A model generated the notes under the pieces. That model was not told the origin of the DNA, ran no database searches, and saw only the letters and a program-made list of their open reading frames with translations. Below, in pieces: positions 23,701 to 35,702 of a stretch of DNA of 64,000 bases. Origin of the DNA: Trichinella spiralis. Its lineage: Eukaryota. Numbering within the stretch: the first letter of the stretch is position 1; each line of letters begins with the position of its first letter. The stretch is taken from the NCBI RefSeq assembly GCF_000181795.1, contig NW_003526943.1:5697806-5761805 (forward strand). The letters run 5' to 3'. The position numbers were made by a program, and so were the translations under genes.

Positions 23701-26700
23701 GAGCTATCACGCTGATTGGAAAAACTGATTCCAGTTTGAGCATTTCTTGGCTTCCACCAGAGGATCCTCACGGTAGAATAACCGGCTTTAAAGTAATTTA
23801 TATCTATTTTATTGATAGCATTATTGTATTATTTACTTATTTCTTCATTTGTTCACCTATTAGATTACCATTGATGCTGTGTCACAAAATGCAGCTGTTG
23901 GAACTATCAGCAAAACTTACCCTGTTCATGCATCCAAGAGAGAGTTCACAATAGCAGATTTGGAACCGGATACACCGTACAATGTGACCGTTCAGGCTGC
24001 GACTAGTCGTGGCTATGGTCCTGGAACATCGACGGTTTATTCTACTGATTCTTCTGGTATTATATGTTTCTTTTAAATTTAGGCAGTTTTTATTATTTTT
24101 GTATGTTTTCTGAATGCTAAAATAGATGGATTTATTTAAAAATTTAATAAGGTTAAATTAAAATTGTTTACAAAATGTATCAGAGATGAATTGTAATAGT
24201 TGCAAGAATTTGGAAGCGTAAAAAAATTTTAATTTCAATTATATCAATGTCAGGAACTTTTGCAATTAGGTTTTGTTGCATGTTTCATGTATGTCTATTT
24301 ATTCCTGTTGAAAAATTATTGCAGAATTTTCAATTGCGTGAATATTATTTTCAGTTGTACCAGCCTTAAATGTTCCTCCAACTATGGTTGAGCAGAAGCC
24401 AAACTGTATTACAGTTTCATGGACTCCATCTTCATATGCGAAAGAAAAATTGCTTGGCTACATAATTGAATACAGGAAATACAATGAACATCTCTGGCGT
24501 GAATATGATGGCGTCATCAAGCATGATTCGAACAAACCCATTTATACGGAACAAGTATGCGGTCTGCAGCCGGACACTTCGTATCTGTTTCGTGTGAAAG
24601 TAATCGACATGAAAAGCAAAGTCAGTGAGCCAAGTCCTCACCTGGAAAGTCGCTCGGGATGTCTAGGTAAGAAGAAAGTAGCTTGACGAACGTTTTCAAT
24701 TGCAAATTTTCTTAATTTTTACATTTTTCTTTGTCCATTTTCACAGCTCCAACTTCTCCACCTTCAAATGTTCGCATCAGCGCTTTATCGGCAACCGAAG
24801 TGCGTATCATGTGGCAGCCGACACCGCCTGACGCATGGCTGTGCTCTTCAGTCAATTACCGGCTGATGCTCAGCAATGGAACGCACCGCAAGCATGATGT
24901 CGAGTTGGTGAGCAGTGCTACTGATCACACACTGCAGTCCGAGCCGCACACCAAATGGACAGCTCAAATCCGAACTGAAAACATCGCCGGTAGTTCTCAC
25001 TGGAGTGAAGAAGTTTCCGTAGTGACACCTGAATCAGCTCCGGGTGTCGTCGGGAATGTGGTCGGTGAACCACAAGGATATGACCGAATTAAAGTGATGT
25101 GGACTCCGCCGGAACAGCCGAACGGCGTGATAACGGGTTACGTCGTCAGCTACAAACTCAAATCGATTGGCTCATGTCCATCTCCTGTTAGTCGACAAGA
25201 GGAAAAGCAACTGATTGGTGAAAAAACTATTTTGAAAGGACTTGAACCAGCATCTACTTATGAAATAACCGTGAGAGCGAAAACCACCCACGAGGGAGAA
25301 AATTCCAAGCCCATTTATGTAACAACTGAAGAGATTGGTTAGTGGTTTTCTTTAATCTGCGATGAAGTTTTTGATTAGTCCACTTTTAGCACCCACTGCT
25401 GCACCGCAAAGCGTAAACGTTGGAAACGTTCTAAAAACAGCTGCTGCACTGACATGGGAAGAACCGCCTTGTACTAAACAGCATGGTGAAATTATTGAGT
25501 ATGAATATACGGTGAAAAGTGAAGATCCGTGGGTGACAGATGTCCAGACGGCAACTACAAACTCTGAACGAGTGCAAGTGGTTGATTTGGTTCCGTTCAC
25601 TCAGTATTCGTTTATTGTTCGAGCAGTGAACTCAAAAGGAAAAGGACCTTATTCAGAACCAGTCAAATTTTTAACCAGATCTGAAGGTAAGATTTTTGAG
25701 TATTTTTTTTAAAGTAAACTGACGCACAACGCAAGTTTAATAACTGTCATTTAATAATATATTTATAGTTAGCCTTTTTTTCACTATTATTACATTTACA
25801 AATGGTTTCTTTTCCAATAAACATGATATAGGCATTTATTATATTAGCTTTGTAAACAATGAATACTGACTTTTGAAGTTGTTGATTTTCATCAATTGTA
25901 TCAAACTTCAACGTCAAATTCTGATATTTATTTTTAAAGTTTTTTCTTGTTGTATTGCTAATTTGCTACTTTAATTTCTCCTACTGCACATATTTCATTC
26001 AACTGTGCATATTTTGTTAAAAAAGTTGCAAAACAAATCATCTAGTGGATTTTTAAAAGATGACTTGATTTTTCGAATTTTTCTGTCGATCTGCAAGCAA
26101 TGAGTGGATTCAAAGTGCTATTTTTTTTTATTTAACTTTGCAACTTTTTCTCTTTCAAGCACCTCTACCTCCGATGGACCTGCGGACGGATGGTGAGTTT
26201 CCATCTGCTATTTCTATTTCATTCTTGCCTCCGTCGCCACCGTACGGCATTTTGGATGAATATCGAATTCGCTACACGCCGATTGATCGAATCAGTTGGC
26301 ATGAGGTTCGAAAGGCTCCGAACGAACTTTCCTGTGCTAGGGCAGATCAAGGTGAACAGCGTCTATGCTATCGTATTGTCGGTCTAGATCCAGAAAAAGA
26401 GCACGTTGTGCAAGCATCAGCGCATACAGAAAGTGGTGGATGGGGTGATTGGAGTAAGTCCCTGTATGCTCAAACTAAAGAAGCAGGTAAAAAATTTGCT
26501 TCCTGTATATTTTGCATTGTTCTCTCTCTTATTCTTCTCTTTTCAAAACAGAAATACCAGTCATTGAGGCACCACTTCGCGTGTCGAACCAGGGTCCCAC
26601 ATCGTTGACACTGATGTGGGAAGGTGTCGGCGGAAACGCTGCACGCCACGTCAAAGGATACGTATTGGAATACAATGTCGGAGGACGTTCTGATTGGATC

Positions 26701-29700
26701 CAGCACAATGACGTTATCTTGAACAAAGCTGCTGACGCTGGTCAAATTTATACTGAAACCGTACGTGTGAAAAGCACATCTAAGCGTAACCATTTGTCAT
26801 TATTATTGTTCAAATTTCATTCAGGTCGACAAATTAGTGCCTGACACGACATATTATTTCCGCCTTCACGTAGTGGATCGAAACAACAGAAAAGGACTCA
26901 GCGGACCTGAGCTACAAACGCATACTTTATGCGGAAGTAAGAATCCAATTTCTTATTTTTCATTTTCTGGCCATCGTCGTTTGACAACGTTGCCATTTTC
27001 CGTATTTAGAACCGTCAATGGCACCACAGAATGTACACGTCGAGGCAGATAGAACCAACAACGTTCACTTGAAATGGGAGGTAGATCGGTGTTGGAATAT
27101 GGTCTTCATTTGTGAAACGTATTTAATGCAATTCTTTGCAGGCTGTGCCCAAGCAAGCTTGGCACTGTTCGAACGTGAGCTATGTGATAAAGTTCCACAA
27201 TTCTACTCATTCCGGCTATGTGGATTTGAGTTCAACGAAAACGGAATATAAAACTCACTCTGAACCTGGCGTACGTTGGAGTTTCCAAGTGCGAACCCAG
27301 GCCTACGATCGCAGTGGATCGCGGAGTCAGTTCAGCGACTGGTCGCCAGAAAAGGTTTTCACCATGCCAGGCATTCCGGGTATAGTTTGAATGAAAAATT
27401 CCTTTAAAATTTGTTCTATTCTCAAAGAAACAAAAATCGTTTAAGAGTTGATTTTCATTGATCTGAAAAAACGTGGTCCTGATTCATTGCAACTGAACTG
27501 GCATGTAGCAGCAGACATTGAAGACTGGCCGCATGGAGTTGATGTTACTTACGTTATGCGACAAAAAGGCAACTGTCCGCCTTTAACTGAATCTCAGCTG
27601 ACTCCAATAACTGAATACAATGTGTATGAAAAGTACATGCTGCTTCAGGTGCGACGTTTTTACAATTTCTCTTTTAATGAAGTTTAGTTCATAAAAATTC
27701 ATTAATACAATTTTGTTCTTTACGCATAAATCCCAATTTAGATGAACATTTTTTAGCAGCATAATATTATTTTTTTCAATTTCAGTTAAGCATTTGAACT
27801 TGTAAATTGTTGATGACGCTTATGATGTTGAAAGTATTGAAGTTAAAGTGTAAATTACGTAACATTTAGTTCGACTTGTTATTGAATAGTAAAAAGCTGG
27901 TTAATGTTAATTTTTAACTAATTTATTGTTAACTGAGAATTTTCAGTTGATCTTTGAAAATATATTTCGTAAATTGTTCTGAAAAAGTATAATGAATGAA
28001 TCATTAAGATTTGTGAAGCAGAATCTTATTCATATTTGTAATTTTAATTTTTTTGAAATATGATGAACTGGTTTATTTAATTATTTTTATTTTTTCAGAA
28101 TTTGGAACCTTATTCACTGTATGAAGTTACAGTTTCACCTCGAAATCCACTGCGTTCAGATTCAAAGGAAGTGAAACTGCCAAAAGCTAGCAAAACGGTT
28201 CGCACGGGTGAAAAAGGTAACTTGTTTGAATGTTGGTTTTTGCGCATGCTTTGTTGTAGCGTTTTATTTGACATGCATACACGTCTTTTTAGCTCCTGAA
28301 AGTGCACCAAGGGAAATCAGAGCAAAAGATATAACTGAGAATTCAGCTTTGCTTACCTGGGATCCACCGAGCTGTGAATTGCAGAACGGTGAAATTACTC
28401 AATACGAATATTTATTGACTGGAATCGACGAATGGGTTCAAGTAAGCAATATTGATTGCTCTGTCGGATAGTTCATAACGTATAATTTGTTACTTGTAGT
28501 CAGTTCATCGGCAGGCGACCACCGCTCGAACCAGAGCATCGTTGCATGATTTACTTCCAGGTACAAAGTATAAATTCCAAGCCAGAGCCTACACCAGTCA
28601 CGGCCATGGACCATGGAGCACGCCTTTCGAAATAGAAACTCTCGGAAGCGGTTAGAATAAATTTTTTTTCTGTTTCCAGCTCTTCTGCTAACGACCGTCT
28701 TATTATTTTAGAATTGGGAATGCCACGAGAAGTGCATCCAGTCAGTATTTCTGATCGTCATGTTACACTGACGTGGTTGCCACCGTATCCATCACGCGGT
28801 GCGATTAACAGTTATCGCATGCGATACCGAACACGTGATGGCAAGTTAACTAAAGATATTTTACTTAATCGCAACGATTTATCTTGTCAAAACATAAAAA
28901 ATCCTCTCACAACTGAGGACAGTGTTTGCTACACTGTTGAACCATTAAATCCAATGACATCGTATCAGTTTGAAGTGACTGCCGTTTCTCAGGACGGCTC
29001 GCAAGGAGTTTGGTCACCGAGCGTGTATGTCACTACTAAAGACAGTAAGCGAATAAGCAAATAGTGATTTTCATTCTGCATTTTAATATGTTATTGTTAA
29101 GGATTAGTCGACTCTCAGAGTGGTGATTTGACTTTGCTCTACGCAGATGCTGACAGTATTAAAGTGCGATGGGATCCACCTAACGACCGCAGAAATGAAA
29201 TAACAAATTACCTTGTGAGTTTATAATCATCGAATCGACTTGATCAATAAAGCATATCATTAGTCAGGCAAATTCATTCATTTTATTTAGGTATTTCTAT
29301 ATCCGCATGAAAGCGCTGATTCCACGCCCGTAACTTTTGACGATGTTTCCAGTTCCACAACTAGCTATCACTTTAAAAACCTACATCCTAATTTGATGTA
29401 CAACATTACTGTTAAAGGCATCTCGCGGGGAAGGCCAGTTTGGTTTATTTCAAAAGCATTTTCTACAAGCAGCAAACGTAAACAATTTCGCAGTTACATT
29501 TGTTGCGAGCTATTTTAAAAGTCTGTCTTTTTTCTTACAGAGGAAGGCTTTTTGGATTGGTTGCCCGCTCCTACAGATTTACAACTGATTGAAAAATCGG
29601 ATACCATGTTGCACGTCTCATGGAGACCACCGGAAATACTACTGCCTTCCCTGTCTGAACAAGTTACCCATTACAGAGTGCGAATCTATTTTTTTTACTT

Positions 29701-32700
29701 TGTATGACTTATTAGTAACTGATCACGTTGTGAATGCAGAACTCATCGAACTGTGAAAAGCATAATTTTTTAATTTTAAATATAAGTATAAATAAGTAAA
29801 TATATGAATATATATATATATATATAATTAGTTGTAAATAATTGATTTGACCATATTGATTTTGAATTAATTAATTTCAGTTGCTTTCGTTTACTGCAGA
29901 ATTTCGTGTTTAATAATTGTTTTTAACATTTCTTCAGATAACAGTAGCTCCTTTTGATCCAGCTTTTGGAACGACAGGCATCGGTAGCCAATATACTGTG
30001 CCTCGCCCTGGTAACAGGATTAAATTCGATGGTTTGCAACCTGAAACAATTTATAATGTCACTGTGCAAGCTGCAACCAAACGTGGTTACGGTGAAACTC
30101 TGTGGGGTGTTTACTCGACTCTTCCACCACCAGGTTTTTGCACAAAAATTGTCCATGGTCCACAAAAATACATTTTTTGACATTCTTCTTTTAGGAACGA
30201 ATCATATTTTGAAACTGAGAAACAGAACACCTACGTCACTGCATGTTATGTGGATTCCATTCTGGGGCACTCGTTTAGCAGGATACAATGTAAGCTGAAT
30301 TTCATTGTTGATGCTGAAAATGTGACTTGCATTAATATTTTAGCTGAAAGCAAAACCGCTTTGGTCTGGACATCGGCTGATCGACGCAGATGAAATTGTG
30401 CAGCGTGTTGAGCCGAACAAAGTGGATCATGTGATTCGAGGACTCACTCCATCCACTGTTTACAATGTTTCACTTTCACCGATAAACCGCACTGGTGAAA
30501 CTTGGGGTGTATACGCTACCTTGCCACCAGGTAGAACTAACTAATCATGTTACTTTCTACATTAAACGTACAGCTGATTTCCATTTTTTTCAGGTGCTTT
30601 TCTGGTAAACAATCTGAAAATCTGTGCTCACAGTCCGTATGCATTTTCGTTGACTTGGGACGCCGTTGAAGATCCAGTTGCAACGCACTATCAGGTAGGT
30701 ATTATTTCTGCAATTTCAGTTCATATTTATAATGAAAAATTTTTAGGTACGCTACCTGGTCGACGGCGTTCAAGAATGGTATGAACACCCACAGAAGAGT
30801 CAATTTGACTTGCGCTGCCCTGGTGATCCATGTGAAAATATGTGCTATTTGATTTACAATTTAGACGGCAAGCCTCACCAATATACCATACAGGTACAGA
30901 ACTGTCATTGATGATTTGTTTTAAGAGATCGGAAACAAAATTTCTTATTCCATCAATAGGTTCGTGCCTTTGTCGAAGGTACATGGAATCAGTGGAAGAC
31001 GGCTGTTATCCCAACAACTTTCATGTCATCAGCATCATCAGCTGCGAAACTGTGCTGCATTGTTCCGCCAAATTACTACGTTGAAAACATTGGCGATATG
31101 GATACTTTGATGCCTGTCATTATCAAGCCAGTACCGAACGACACTTACGTGCAGTAAGTAACGTTTCTTTTACAGAAGTGTTACTTAGTTCTGTATTTTT
31201 AAGACGATATTTTGTTGTGGTTGATGAACGTGATCCATCTGGTCCAATCAACGAGACTATGCTCACTGATAAGCTCACTGCTCGAAAAATGGGCATACCT
31301 TATTATGTAGCTGGCTCATTCGATCGAAATACTTTGACAGCAGAGCGAGAGTTTGTGATTGGAAACGGGGAGGTCCACGGTGGATACTTGAATTATCCAC
31401 TCATAAAAGGCAAAAAATACAACTGGGCGTTTGTAACCATGTGGATGGTAGATGGAAAGCCAGTTGTGGGAATGTATCGAGGTGAGAATAAGCCAATTTT
31501 TTTTAAATTAATTGTATACATTCTTCACATAGCACTGTAGCTTATTTGAATAAGCAACAGTTATTCTCTTCTCCATCTATATTTTTATATTTTGAGAGAC
31601 ATGTTATGAAATATAAACTCAGGTAGCAGCAAGTCAATGTGACCTGCCATAATATGTTTAATTTTGTATCAAGAGTCATAATTTTCTCTATTTGTTGCAG
31701 TTGTTGTTGAAACTTTCTATGAAAACATTTTCTTTCACAAATTCACAGAGTCTTTTAGCAACTACTTGCCAATTTGTTTAGATAAGTCAAGTGTTTCCAG
31801 CAGATATATCGGAGGTTGGCCATGGTGGTGGCTGTTGCTTTTCCTACTGTGTTTGCTACTTCTGATTCTCCTCATTTGTTGCTTGTTTTGGTGTTGTGCC
31901 AGGTAATAGATAATTCACTTGATTTTTAAATGTTTTTCATCACTGCGTTGATTATATATATACCTTTCAATTTTTTATTTTTCATTTGTTTTTTTTATAG
32001 TCGATTGAGGCGTCGGAAGCGAATAATTACTTCATTGGAAGCACGACAACCACTGTTAGGCGATGAAGTATGATTTCACATTTTTGCATTATTTACTCAG
32101 CACTGCTAATATATGTTTAGAAGTTGAAATCTGACATGGCACAGAATTTGAAAGCTCTTGAAAGTAGAATAGACAACATTCGTACTCAACTTGAGTCGAA
32201 AGTTCGTTCTCCTCAAGGTATGTTGACGCGATCAGTACAGTCAGGTTTCAGGGATCATTTTAATTATTGCGTGTTCATCTGTCACACTGATAAAGAATAA
32301 TTTACAGTTACAGTATAATAACCGTTAATTGCTAACACTGCACTAAACAATATATGCGCTTAGTAAGTGTGAAATTCTGTAGAAGTGGTAAAAAAATATA
32401 CGATATGAGTTGGAATTTAGCATTATTTCTCATCTGTAATGTTTTGGACGCTTCGAGCATCTCTTTATTAATGGAATGTATTTTATGTGTTAATTTTTGA
32501 TGTTTTACGTATTTTTTGTTAATTGTCAGGTAAAGGGGAGTTTGAAGATGGTTATGTACGCGGTTTTCGTGATGCTAACAAACTTTCTGGACCTTCGATG
32601 GCCCGCCAACGGATGGATGAAGATTACGGCAGTATGAAAATGGATTTTCATGCCGGTTATGTGCAAGGTTTGCGTGACGCCGGAATGCAGGGAATGACCC

Positions 32701-35700
32701 AGTCGATGCATAATTTGGCAAATCGTGCTGGTCAAGGCGGTTACTCATCTGGTTATATGCAAGTAGGAGATTAAATTTTTTCAAGTTGAACTGAATGATA
32801 TTTTATAATTTCACGCGTGAACAGGGTTTTCGTGATGGTAATTCTGGCATTTTTGGTGATCGAATAACAACAACGCTTCTACGACGTTTGGAAGATCAGT
32901 ATCCAAATCAAGATGAGTTCAGACAAGGTTATGTTGAAGGCTTCAAAGATGGAGTGAGCAGTCGAGTTTCTGAAAGTCGTCAGAAGGATGATGTAAGTAA
33001 AAAATTTTCTGCTTCAGTGTGCTTCCACTGATGATATTGCTTCCAGGATTCTACTAGAGTGGTGTCAGAAACACTGAACAAGCTGACAGAAAAATTATCA
33101 ACGCTGGAACGTCAGACGAGGGAAAAAGGAGATGAAATTCACTCCACAAAAATATACCACGTTTGTAAGATTTTTTGGCAACAATTTCATGTTACATCGC
33201 AAGCCACTTTTTGATATTTATATCAATTTAGATAATCAATTGCCAGAAGGTGTGGGCATGACGAGCAGTGGTCAGTATCTTGCACAAGAGTTGGACGAGT
33301 TTACGCGAAATGATTCTTTCAAGCGCAGCACACTGCGTCGTCATTACACGGTATCTATATTTATTGTGATGAATTTTCACATCCATGAGTAAATATTTAC
33401 TTGTAAAATTTTAGCCTGGTGATTATCTGAAATACGCTAGTGATACTGAAGGAGCCACCATATATCCAACTGGCAGTCAACATCCTTACCGCAGAACTTT
33501 ATCAGCTAGCAGTCTCAGGCGAGGTAAGCGTTGAGTAGTAGTATGAGTGACTGTTTATCTTGCACACCTCGAAAGTCACTATTGGTCAGCTTGCTAGTAT
33601 CTTGTCCTTGTGCGCAATGCATGCAATGTTATTGATGAGAATGTACTTTTGAGTTTTCATGTTTTCATTGCGATGATGATGATGTTGATGAATGCAGAAA
33701 TGCCAGATACTTATGCACAACGTTGGAGAGGAAATGTAGGTGCTGTATATAGGAGGTGAATGCTTTCAGATGCTTCTACTCCGCTGTCTGGTCGGCGCAC
33801 GTTGTCTGGTGACCGAGAGCGTTCCCGTCACACGAGCATTCAGCAATATAACGACACTTTTTCACGCCGATACCAATACAGATCGAAGTCAGATTTGAGT
33901 CCCTACGGTTACGCAGTGCCGAGACGCTATCCTAGTCAGACCATATTGGATGGCGTGCGACCAGGGCCAACTGCTCCAGGATCACGCCGTGAAGCAGTGG
34001 AAACACTACAAAAGGAGTTGAGCTCTGCGTACAAGTCAGGAATATCAGATAGGAAAAAAATGGCCGGAGCTGACTTAGGCAGAAGTCGTCTTGATAGTGA
34101 ACGTGGCCAGGGATACGCTAGTGATTCAGCATTTATGGACTCGTTGCGTCGCAAGCAAATCTACACCCCTTTGTCTAGTTCACGCCGTGCTGATGATGCG
34201 TATGGTAAGCTTGCATGGACATTGTTGTTCACCTGAATTTCCCTTTTTGTTCATTGCATGATCAATATTTTGCTAATCGTTGCTGTTTGTTTATATTGTA
34301 TTGGATGAATTTCGATGTTTTTTAGATTCTTATCGTTCACGGACATCACAGTCTCGTACTGAAACGGAAAGACTGATCAGAACTGAAATCACCAGTCCCA
34401 CAGGTAGGCAGTCTAGACCAACCACAAGACCAGTTCGAATTAGCACGAAAACATCAGGAAGCACTACTGGCGTATCTTCACCTGAAGCCAGACAAGGTAT
34501 ATTTGTTGTTTATTAGTTGTTATTTAGTTATGTAATTTTTCATATTAAAGTATGAGGAACTGATTATATAGCATATCAGATCACTTATGACTAATTCAAA
34601 GTATCAAAGTATTTGGTGAATGGTAAATGTTTTAGAGAGAACAGTTTACATAATTTACTATTTATGTTTGTAAAAAAATCCCACATAATTCATACAGATG
34701 AATGGATTTTTGAAATGAAATGTAAGTTGTCGCTTGCCAGCTGCAGCAGGTTTGATTATTTATAACGCTGGAGGTACTCTTTTACTCTGAAGGGAGAAAT
34801 GAAAATTGTTGCATACAGCTCAGCAGTCACTAGGTGGCTGGAGGCTGCAATTCAATCTGCGTAAATTACGAAGTCTAAAATTGATCAAAGCACGCTTTAG
34901 GCTAGCTATATTTTAAACTTGAAATATGTGTCTTTGAAATGCACGTGCTAGGATGGAATTTATCATTTCTAAGATTACTGGAGCTTCTTGTTGTAGGATG
35001 TTATGCATTTTCAATGTAGCTTAAATTAAAAAAAATTAGTTATACACTTTTTACTTATCAAAGTAAAACATAATATTGTTTTATGACATATCACAGTTTG
35101 AGGTTGGCCGTTATTTATATATAACCGTAATTAGAAAAAATTTTCCAATCGATGAATTTATTCAACTTTACAGGACTCACTTCACCTGGAAGTATGACAT
35201 CTCCTGGATCCTCGGATGTGCAGAAGCAGCCTTCTACCAGCTACAGAAAGCCGAAAGTTCTACGTTCCAGTCTTGCCCAGGCATACGACTTGGTTGGATT
35301 GTCTGACGAAAGCAGCGGTTCAGAGGAGCATGCGCAAGTTTCATGGACAGATGAGCTGATGAAAATTGTAAAAGAGCCAATGCCAGAGACGTTGGATCGT
35401 ATGAAAAAATACAGCACTTCGCTAAGCCAACTGCCACCAAGTCCAGTTGTCTACCCCAGCAGCAGTAGTAAAGGTGAAGATTGTTGTGTGATGTATTTTG
35501 CGTACAAAATTTTAAGCTCCTTTGTTATTTAAGAACCTGGTAGTAGTCGAGTTCAAGGGGGACCGGTGAAAGAAACAATAACCGAGTCGTATTCAACTTC
35601 TTATAAAGAAGTACGTTTATTGTATTTAATTTTAATTTCATCATCATAACATAACACAATTGCAAAGTATTTTTCATTCAGGAATACACAACAAAACCAT

Positions 35701-35702
35701 GA
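2627..35702 (+). CDS. let-805: Myotactin (LET-805)-like giant type I transmembrane protein with about 37 fibronectin type III domains; 75 coding exons, about 4,652 aa in my manual model
   Basis: Manual GT-AG exon chain with consistent phases, total 13,959 nt (divisible by 3): 2627-2708, 8755-9096, 10792-11085, 11801-11901, 13844-14175, 14243-14427, 14496-14617, 14723-14909, 14995-15097, 15170-15317, 15378-15450, 15805-15920, 16258-16447, 16891-16997, 17068-17343, 17424-17655, 17717-17855, 17918-18066, 18205-18275, 18475-18846, 18909-19136, 19191-19410, 19652-19781, 19847-20013, 20082-20381, 20434-20543, 20614-20787, 20852-20921, 21002-21108, 21157-21337, 21400-21708, 21855-21925, 21985-22207, 22323-22637, 22707-22891, 22948-23062, 23121-23398, 23613-23792, 23864-24056, 24355-24666, 24747-25337, 25390-25686, 26160-26486, 26552-26760, 26825-26936, 27010-27080, 27142-27379, 27446-27648, 28099-28216, 28293-28441, 28500-28650, 28712-29044, 29102-29214, 29291-29477, 29541-29677, 29938-30133, 30195-30289, 30344-30530, 30594-30694, 30747-30893, 30960-31153, 31204-31481, 31782-31902, 32001-32067, 32121-32217, 32530-32762, 32825-32992, 33047-33164, 33232-33350, 33415-33523, 33770-34204, 34326-34496, 35174-35473, 35534-35610, 35682-35702 (ends EYTTKP*). 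FN3 signatures (WxxP...Y...LxPxTxYxxxVxA...GxWS) recur throughout. A long FN3 array, a single TM helix and a non-catalytic tail with GYxxGFRDG repeats match nematode myotactin. Confidence 0.88.
6770..6793. repeat. (AAC)n microsatellite, intronic
   Basis: acaacaacaacagcaacaacaaca. Confidence 0.65.
11524..11571. repeat. Compound (CA)n(TA)n(GA)n microsatellite, intronic
   Basis: cacacacacacacacacaca tatatatata ... agagagagagag. Confidence 0.75.
29808..29827. repeat. (AT)n microsatellite, intronic
   Basis: atatatatatatatatata. Confidence 0.65.
31782..32067 (+). other. let-805: Transmembrane helix and stop-transfer segment of myotactin
   Basis: Exon 31782-31902 encodes GGWPWWWLLLFLLCLLLLILLICCLFWCCA. 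The next exon (32001-32067) begins SRLRRRKR, the basic cytoplasmic flank expected of a type I membrane protein. Confidence 0.9.

Noticed and set aside
8769..35532. Treating the dozens of short FN3 ORFs as separate genes or as a frameshifted pseudogene
   Set aside because: All join through GT-AG introns with consistent phases into one open reading frame.
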